DNA of 64,000 nucleotides from Sphagnum compactum (Eukaryota), in NCBI GenBank assembly GCA_965153455.1, contig OZ234493.1:17908213-17972212 (forward strand), written 5' to 3'. How positions within the stretch are numbered: position 1 is the stretch's first letter; every line of letters begins with the position of its first letter. A model generated the notes under the pieces. That model ran no database searches. It worked only from the letters and a program-made list of their open reading frames with translations, and was not told the DNA's origin. This document shows positions 55,151 through 64,000 of the stretch, one piece after another. A program made the position numbers and the translations under genes.

Positions 55151-57906
55151 GACTATAAAATTTAATGCAAGTTTCATATACATGGATCATTTTTAATACA
55201 ATAGTAATAACCTTAATGTACCCTTAATGAATCTACAAAACTTTAATATACTTTATTACCTTAATATAACTTTAATAATATATCTTTAAAATATCCTAAA
55301 TCCTATTCATAATATATATTAATGGGTGCAAACGAAATACAATGAGCCAACATGATTATGTTATCAATGGATTACATGTATTTTTGCCTTAAAATATTTT
55401 TTCCTTTGAATGAATTTTGGAATAATGTTTTTGGCAATTTGTTATAATATATGTTTATAGTTGTCCTAGTACATGACGTTTTTTTGTGTATGATTTTTGA
55501 ATAAATATGAATCTTTGAAAGTGTGCGGATTCTTTGTAAATTCAATGTTTTGTTTTTTCAAATGATAATAATTTCAAATCATAACCAAAAATTCATTTTT
55601 TACATTATTATGTTTATTTTATGATAAGCTACAACTTCTCTTCACACATCATGTAAATTATACCCCATTTAGATGTGATAAAATACTTTCAAAGTTGTAA
55701 AATTCTAGATCAATTTTGAAATTTTTTTTGAATTTTTAAAGTTTTTGAATTCCATGTATTTTAGAATATGATTTTTTTTTAATGTGGTTAATAGGTCTTT
55801 ATCCTCTTAATTTTTTTCCATCAAAATGTCTTTTATTATATGTCCTTTTGTTGGTCCTTTGCAAAATAAATGTTCACTTTCAAAGGTCCTAAATCAAAAC
55901 TTAAATTTAAACTTTCATCAAATGAATTTTTTGGTTTGAATTCCTTGACATTCATATGAATGAAAAAAAAACTTGTCATGATTTCCATGGTTTGAAATGG
56001 TAAAACATATATATTTTTTCTAATTTGACCATTTTTTTTTGTGGTCCGACACCCTTCTTGGCTCATTGGATTGTGATTACACACTAATATATATGAAATT
56101 TAGCTTTATTACACCCCTAGAAATGTACCCTTAATATAATCCTAATACAACTATGTCAAATTATTTGCAATTAATTTTTAGTTTGTAATGCAACTAGTGC
56201 CATTTACTATTTTATTATAAGATGAAAATACACATAACAATTATCCACATGGAAGGATGAAACTTCCAATAGTCATAATTTAGTCACAAAATAGTTGCAA
56301 AATTTTCAAAGATAGTTAATAGTTGCAAGATTAGCCACAAATGACATGTAGTCACATGTAGTCGCAAAATTGAAGGTTGCAAATACAAGATTTTAACAAT
56401 GTTACAAAAAAATTTAAACTCAAACTTGCTATTAAATGCATGTTAAATCATTGTTAAAAAATACAAAGTTTGGTCACCAATTCAATTGCTACATAACATT
56501 AAAACTTAGGTGTCATCTAATACATAACATAAATAATACTATGTATTATCTTGGTGGTAAGATAGTGGTAGGTTAGTGGTATGCTACCACCAAAATTTCA
56601 AAAATCCTAAATTTTGGATTAAAAGGCTAGTGTTTTGTAGCACCCCATGAATTGGTGTTTTAACAATGTTTACTACCTCCCACTTAATGTTCCTTATGTG
56701 AGGTTCTTGATTATGCATTCCAGCATGTTTTTGCCAAGTTCCCTAGTATTCTAATTTTTTTTCAACTATACTATGGTCATCGTCGATTCTTATGTCCATG
56801 GATTCCACCTCACACCCTGCCTCACACTTCATAGTTTCAACTTTATAAACCTTGCCATTTCCATTTGATTTTAATTCCATCATTTCAAGCTTTGAATGCA
56901 ACATAATCTCCAATTTCAATATTGTTGTAATTACTATTTGTTTTCATTATGGACATCTTCAACATATCTTGCTGCAAGGACATGGAATAAGATTTGGAGT
57001 GCTCAAAAATTATAAAAATTTCATGAACATGCATTCAAGGTCACAAGCCTACATTTTTACACATAATCAAGTCCAATGTCAAGTGATTGTTTCAATAGTC
57101 ACATAAAACAAATTCAACTTCATTACACACAAATTCTTGAAGTTCTAAACATTCAATTTAATTACACCCAAATTATTACCAGATTCCTAGAAAGAAGAAT
57201 CATACTTGGAATTCTCTTTGCATATCACATAAGCAAGTTCATTTTTTGTGCATATAGGTGCTTGAAATTTTGCAAAGTTAATGTCAATATAAGTTTAAAC
57301 TAATTTTTCTCGAAATTTTTCATGTAGAAAAAATAATCATGCATGATTTTCTCTTTGCAAATCACACACAACCCAATGAAGAAACATTTGATCCACCAAG
57401 AAAGAAATTCGAAGTTGGTAAGATGCAAATAATCATCCAAAATTCTAAATCTAGTGTAGAGGTATAGTTTAGGAACCCCCACCAACCCAAGTGGGAGCAT
57501 GGTGAGATCTTAACTTTAATGAGAATCAAGAGATGAACATCTCATAGACATTGAGCAAGTGGATGGTCAAGACCAATTTGAAACCATAATGAACAAGTGG
57601 AAGAATATTTCAATAGTTCTCATGAATGTGAGATGTTTAATTTAACATTTCAAAAATGGTGTAGCACAAAAGGATAAATGATATTCCATAGCAAATGAAT
57701 TAGAAAAGATATACAATTACATGGCATGCACATGACACAATCAAGAATACTAAACCATGAGCATTCAAAGAAAGAATCAATGTCTATTTTCTTTGTAACT
57801 TTGAATGGGGGTTGATGATAATGATTCAATAAGGAAGCACATTTTGTTTGATTCATTGACTCTCACTCCCTTATTATCAATCAACTTCTGACCTTCACCA
57901 ACCTTT

Positions 57907-58123
57907 TTCTGATACCATGTTAGATTTACTCATGCCTAAAGACAATGAATAGAAAGAGGGATGCTATATTGAATAAAACAAGGTCTAGTCTAAGCAGTAT
58001 GAAAAACCTTTTTATATAACTCTTCACAGACATCCGAAGAGATTGGATATCATAAGGTTTCGTTTCTATACACTAAAGCACTACATATTGTATTCATGTG
58101 AATCTACATACAGTATTGTTACA
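57907..58123 (-). mobile_element. Short LTR with adjacent tRNA-Met-type primer binding site (truncated LTR retrotransposon)
   Basis: The minus strand reads TGTAAC...TCTAACA (58123-57918), immediately followed by TGGTATCAGA. Confidence 0.5.
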
Positions 58124-58542
58124 CAAAATCTCAAGGTAGAAGTGACAACTAACCATGACACCCTTTTGAAATAGTGCAATGCAACAAGCTCAAGGAAATG
58201 CCAACTTGGTTCATGTCCCCTTGAGAACCCCAAGGAAAGCATGCAAAACTTGAGAAGAAAACCCTAAGTATGGAGAGCTAGACAAATCCCGGTATCAAGT
58301 TATGGATGCAACAAGAAAAGACATCCCTAGATATCAAACCCTGCATCTTGCTGATAATGTACAAAACCATTTCCAACCGGTTCATTAGCATTATTTAATG
58401 AACTGCAATTCCATACTCTAACCATCAACCAATGTTGTTGAACTACATCTATCATATAATGCACAATAGGAGGTATCATTTTGACTCAGTTTGTCATATT
58501 ACAAACAAGAAAAGTACATCTATCAGCGCAAGTTAACACAAA

Positions 58543-58830
58543 CTACAATTGAGGCCAAGGAACATCACCTGAGGAAGAATTTCCTTGGCCAATTTGTTGT
58601 ACCATGTTGTTGTGGTGTCCAGATTGCATGAGCAAGAGTTCCCTTTGTTGCAACATGTTTCTTTTGTTCGAAAAAAACTCTTCCTTCTTGCACAATTGTG
58701 TCTTTTCTGCCTCGGGCATCTTCTTTACATCTTCTTGCAACTGCATCCCCAGCTCTTCCAACATCCCTTCCACTTTGCATATCTCATCCTGCACTTTTGC
58801 AATGTTGTCATTTTTGCGCGTGCATAGGTA
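58543..58830 (-). other. Possible exon or pseudogene fragment encoding a coiled-coil segment
   Basis: IAKVQDEICKVEGMLEELGMQLQEDVKKMPEAEKTQLCKKEEFFSNKRNMLQQRELLLMQ is protein-like and heptad-rich; possible donor TCAG|gtgatg near 58568; no full gene model found. Confidence 0.35.
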
Positions 58831-59350
58831 TGACAATAAGAGATCAAAATTGATAAAAAATCGCATATTGCTAACAAAATAGAAAACATGACATCGCCAC
58901 AACACTCGTAGATAAAACGACAACATACATTTTGTCTTCGTTTACAACCAAACTGATGATGGTAGAGAGATACATTCACTCACCTTGTGGAATTCCAAGA
59001 ACGATGTGACAACTTTTCCTACTCAAATTCTTGGTGCTAGAACAAAGCACACCAGGTCTAACACAGAAGAAAGAAATGTCTGCCAAACTCCCACTGAGAT
59101 CTTTGTAGGAAAAGAGCAATCCGATGATACTTGCAAACCAAACACAACAAAGGACAATCTGACAATCTTAAAGGTGGGTTTGTCAGTGTCTGGGCGGGCA
59201 AAAATTCTGGCTCCAGAGGAGAGGCGACTCTACAACTAAACCCCACTTCACAAACTCTTGGCCTTTTCAATTAAAAGGGCAGTTTCGAATTTCAATTACA
59301 GTACGTCTTGAAGCATTTGCCTTCAAGAAGAAGGAAAAAAAAATCTGAAC

Positions 59351-59636
59351 TTTGCTCTAGCAAATGTATATAGATGATCAAGTCCCAAATCATCTAAGAC
59401 AAGTTTGGTATGCTTACCAAACTTTGCTCTTGCAAATACATGCAAATGATCAAATCCCAAATCGTCCAAGATGAGTTTGATACCCTTAATCAAACTTTGC
59501 TCTAGCAAATACATGCAGATGATCAAGTCCCAAATCATCCAAGATGAGTTTGATAGTCTTTGACGCCTTTGCTCTAGCAAAATGTATACAGATGATCAAG
59601 TCCCAAATCATGTGTGCATGAGTTTGACATGCTTAC
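59351..59636. repeat. 72-73 bp minisatellite, 4 copies
   Basis: tttgctct(a/t)gcaaa...gatcaa(g/a)tcccaaatc starts at 59351, 59423, 59496 and 59568. Confidence 0.9.
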
Positions 59637-60566
59637 TGGACAAGGACAATGACATGGAAAAACAAACCACTGACATCCATATTTTGAGGAACTTTGCACA
59701 TGATGATGTTAGTGGAAGGCAAGCATATATAGGTTAAAGGCAAGTAGATAGACTTGTCTTCCAAATTGTACAAATACATTAACATAAATGCATCATGTCA
59801 ACAAGAGAGTTACTTTGCAACATACATGTCTCACACTACCAACCAAAAAAAACTGGTAATATTTCCATATGATCAACAAGTTGTGTAGTCCAAATTTCCC
59901 CTAAATGCTAACACAATCGATATATGTAAATCATTGTCTTTTCAACTCTGTTTCAATCACATCTTTTATTATACATGGAAGAAATTGGCACATAAGTAAA
60001 ATCCTGACTAACCCTAAACCATTGTTACAACCAGCAATCATGCCAACAAAAAATTAGCACAGTTTTGGATCCTTCCTCTGGTGCTTAATTAGGGAGCTTA
60101 GTTAAGGTGTTTAATTAAGGTGCCTGAGGAACCTGGGTCACATCTATCTCTAATTACAAAAAATCATAACAGAAAAGATTGCAGCATAAGGAAGGATGGC
60201 AAATTTTATGTATACACACAGGTACCAAAGAATCAAACATGATTTGTACATGAAAGGAGGATCTCCACACCACCCACAATGACAAAATACAGTATCTAAG
60301 ATTGTCAGTTCTTCGATATATTAGAGGAACATTCACAATAAATCCTGCAAGCTAGAGACTCCGATTCAAACACTTGAAACACTCTGTGGAGGATTTGGAA
60401 ACCTGACACCAACCATGAACAAAGTATTGAAAGAAAGTCTCAACAAACATGCGTTTCAAAAAACAAGAAAATAAGACAGAATTGTATACCTGCTCTAATA
60501 GCTATCTCACCAGGTTTGCTTATATAATTTTTCTTAATGGCTCAGGTCACTCTTCTCTTAAATGGT

Positions 60567-63312
60567 TTATGCCACCAGGCGGGCCAAGGGCAATTCAATA
60601 ACAGGTTTAGATTGCTCGCTTGACTTGGCCTCAGGCAACTCAATAATGGGTTTAGATTGCTTGCTCAACTTGGCCCAAGGAATGCGAGGGCAGGGTGCCT
60701 GGCACACCCCAATCTTGCAACATACTGCTTTTGAGTCTAACATTTCATCCAGGTTTTCCAGGACAAATGGACCATATTGTTCCACAATTCCCTTGCACTG
60801 CATGCCACCCAAAAAAACCCAGAGTCCAAAATCAATCATCATGGTAGCATCAAAATCCTTCATCTATATGGCATTTCCTAGTACCAGAAACAATCACAGG
60901 CCTATCACAAAGGAAAAGGATTTTGATAAAAAGTTCCAGTCATGTCTAGAATGAAAAACCCAAGCTTCAAAACCACCTGTACATCAACCATTCTAAGTGA
61001 AATTGACATATGTAATAAGGCAACCATTGAGAGTTTTTGGCAGGGATGGTCAGAATTCACAAATCCTTCCTAGCCACCCTATGACATCTTGTTTTGGGTT
61101 AGCTCCAGGGGTTTTGTAATTATGGAAGTACCCAAGAACAGCAGAACCACTTGGATGAACCAACTCCTTGAACAAAACTCTCATGGCACTAAATTGAGAT
61201 CCTTTTGAGTCACATTTCAACTTTGAGATGCTTTTACTGATGAGTTGCAAGTAACATTTCTTGAGAGCTTTTGACAACACTGAAACTGAACATCTGCTAA
61301 TGAAGTGTGTTGACAATTCTACCAAAACTTGAGAACTCATATGTTGAGGGCAAGAGAGTGGAAAGTGCTGAACTAACCTCTTCAACATGGTTAATGACTC
61401 TGTTGCACCCTTTAAGGAGCACATCAAGCACCCTTGCCTGCAAAACAATTGACACAGAAATTTCAGGGTGTGATTTACAGTACACAACAAGCAACTGTTT
61501 TGCATAAGCGTGAAAAGGATGCACAGTAATTGATTACCAGATGAAAGCCACAAGCAATGAATCTATTAGTCTAAAAGGGGGTTTACAGATTTGTCAAGAA
61601 CACAGACCTGTAGTTTGGGATCCTGAAGTTTGAGCTTGACTTCTAGGACAACAAACTGGCAAGTTGCGCAGTCGTTACGTTTCCATGACAACTGTGGCGG
61701 TTTGCAGAGTTTGGTCAGCTCACAAAATTCCTGGGGTGTGAGGTTGTCCAGCTCTTGGATCAACTGTGGGGTATAAAGGTCCACAAGGAGGTCGCACTGC
61801 ATCCAATCCCCAAAACTCAGTCATTGAGAGTTCATGTGCATGATCTGCTTCAAATCATCATAAATTCCCTATCCTATATCTCATAAAATGGGAACTAGAA
61901 AGGAAAAAATTCTCATGCAAATTGAGAAATCCAAAGTAGTAACACACCTGCTTGCTGAGATCTTGAAGGCGAGAGCATGCAAGATGAAGAGCAATGATAA
62001 TCTCCTCACGTGTTTTATTCTTCTCCAAGAAGGTCAGTGCATCTTGTGCAAAATGTTGGCATACTTTACAAGCTCTTTTATTGGCCAGAGCAGCTTCCAC
62101 AGCATTGGCAGTGCAAAGGCCTGATTGAAAGCAAAGATTGTCGGGTCCCAATTCTGTCTCTAGCTCCAAGAATATTTCAGGCACATAGGCCTCAATAAAT
62201 TTCTCACACTGCAATGACACAAGAGACCAAAAGACAAAAAAACTGCTGAGGACCCAAGTCTTCATGCAAAGACACTAACAAGAACACATAACACAATGAG
62301 TGCAGATCCTTTCTCCCTTTCAAAGGCATGGGCTGGGTGGTGAAAAACTAGTTGGCGCTTACTTTGGTCTTCAGGCCTGGTTGAAGGATGCTACAGAAAT
62401 GCTCCTCAATCACCCTGATTGTCTCCTTTACTGTGTCAGGGTTGCCCAGTAACAACTCTGCCTTCTGTGAGATGCGCATGCATGTATCACATACATAGTT
62501 CTTCACACGACGTTTGGTTGCAAAACCAAATCCATTGCCCTTGGATCCCCTCAAGCTAGATACTATGCCTTGAAAAAAACAAACCCAAAACAAAATGAAA
62601 CTAAAAGTCAGTGATCGTCCTCCCCAAGCTTCCAAAATCAACGTATACTCCAACTCTCAAACCCTGGCTCAACCCCTCTTCCATCCACAAAGCTATCAAA
62701 GTTCGCCAAAGCAAAACACACGCGCACACACACACACAACCAAAACAAAACTTGACTAGAAACAAAAAGAAAACAACAAGCCACACAACACAAAAGCATA
62801 CTCAACTATTTCCCCTTGCGATCAACAATCCATCAACAAAACAATCACCTAAAAAAAAACCCACAAATCACTCATCAAAACCCATCACAAAAAAAACATT
62901 CCACAAATTCCTCACCAAAACCCATCACAAAAAACAAACCCACAAAATCCTTCACCAAAACCCATCACCCCCAAAAGAACCACCCCCCTATAAATCCTTC
63001 GCCTAAACCCATCACAAAAAACCAACCCACAAGAAAAACCTAAGCAATAGATCCCCAGAAAACCCTCCCCGAAAACCCAACAGAACACTGAGAAGATCAA
63101 ACCCACAAAAATAAAAATGAAAATGAAATGAAAACAAAAGTGAGGAGAGAAAAACAGACGAAGGAGAAGAAGACGAGGAGGTTTTCCATACCGGCTGGTT
63201 TCACCTCGAAGCCTTGAACCGAAACAAACAAGAGCAACAGAAAGGAGAGAAACAGCAGCAAGCCCATAGGCCTCCACACCCGCTGCTGTTGCTGCTCATT
63301 CCTCAAACCCAT
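60567..63312 (-). CDS. Prosaposin-like protein with signal peptide and three saposin-B domains (~355 aa). Exons 63312-63192, 62568-62363, 62208-61948, 61796-61608, 61437-61378, 60797-60567.
   Basis: All introns are GT-AG and the reading frame is consistent. Signal-like LLLFLSFLLLLFVSVQG. Three CxxC...C...C..(YxP)...C...LC patterns beginning VCDTC, ACKVC and DCATC. Confidence 0.9.
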
Positions 63313-63667
63313 GTTTGGAAATCTCTCGTGAAAGAGAGAAAAAACAAAAAAAAGATCCAGAAATTGCTGAAACTCTCGAACACCCAAAACTCCTCCTCGG
63401 TGTATGTATATGAATGAATTTATATTTCTCCCAAAAGAGACATGTTATCGACTACGACTGCAAAACGTCTCTGGAAGGGAAGAAGAATGGTGACGATGAT
63501 GAAGATGGTAATGAATATAGCACGCAACCACAAACGCCGAGTGCGGTGCACAGCCTTTACTTCCTTCTCCGCAACAGCAAAACCATCCAGAGATTCTGCA
63601 TCTATTATTAAACTAGTGCCCACTTTTGAGGGTTTGATTCTGAGAGAGAAAGAGCCAAAATTCTCTC

Positions 63668-63725
63668 TGAGAGAGAGAGGGAGAGAGAGAGAGAGAGAGG
63701 GAGAGAGAGAGAGAGAGAGAGAGAA
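63668..63725. repeat. (GA)n microsatellite upstream of the saposin gene
   Basis: Imperfect gagaga run read directly. Confidence 0.9.
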
Positions 63726-64000
63726 AGAAAGAGCCAATTTTTGCATCCTAAAAAATGGGAATGGAACTGCAGTTATGAAGGAACAAAATGGATGATGCAA
63801 TGATGATGGAAATTCTTCCTCTTCGAAAATCCATGTTTTGTTTTTGGATTCGTAAAAGATAGTATAGCAGCAGATGATGATGATGATGATGACAATCTCT
63901 GCTTCTTCATGGCTCATGAAGGCCATGCCCAGAAAAAGTACCCCAATCTTTGCTTCCTAAAAAAGTGGGGATGGAACTGCAGTTATGAATGAGCAAAATG

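Noticed and set aside
59351-59636. CRISPR-like appearance of this repeat and of the 112-bp satellite
   Set aside because: Whole units are homologous (no unique spacers), the context is eukaryotic and there are no cas genes
63414-63926. ORFs of 65-168 aa at the window end
   Set aside because: They run through GA/GAT microsatellites, have no recognisable domain and lack a coherent splice structure

Overview
AT-rich, repeat-dense eukaryotic DNA from a land plant; the repeat families look like peat moss (Sphagnum), which I recognise from memory and have not verified. Main content: (1) Three intronless, GC-richer paralogous genes on the + strand (11678-14038, 21317-23668, 46015-48474). Each encodes an ~780-820 aa protein with an N-terminal hydrophobic anchor, copy-specific repeat tracts and one C-terminal AAA+ ATPase domain. 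The motifs resemble the poorly characterised, mostly fungal DUF7025/AAA family, so this is a candidate horizontally acquired, locally amplified gene cluster. (2) A large inverted segmental duplication (about 5263-17000 vs 30056-45570) that brackets paralog 2. The right arm lacks the 3.5 kb holding paralog 1, and the left arm lacks 7.7 kb of a hAT transposon relic. (3) A six-exon prosaposin-like gene with three SapB domains on the minus strand (63312-60567). (4) Many transposon relics: a Tc1 DD34E transposase, a hAT transposase split by a ~112-bp satellite, a solo LTR with a 5-bp TSD, MITEs with TIRs/TSDs, minisatellites and telomere-like patches.
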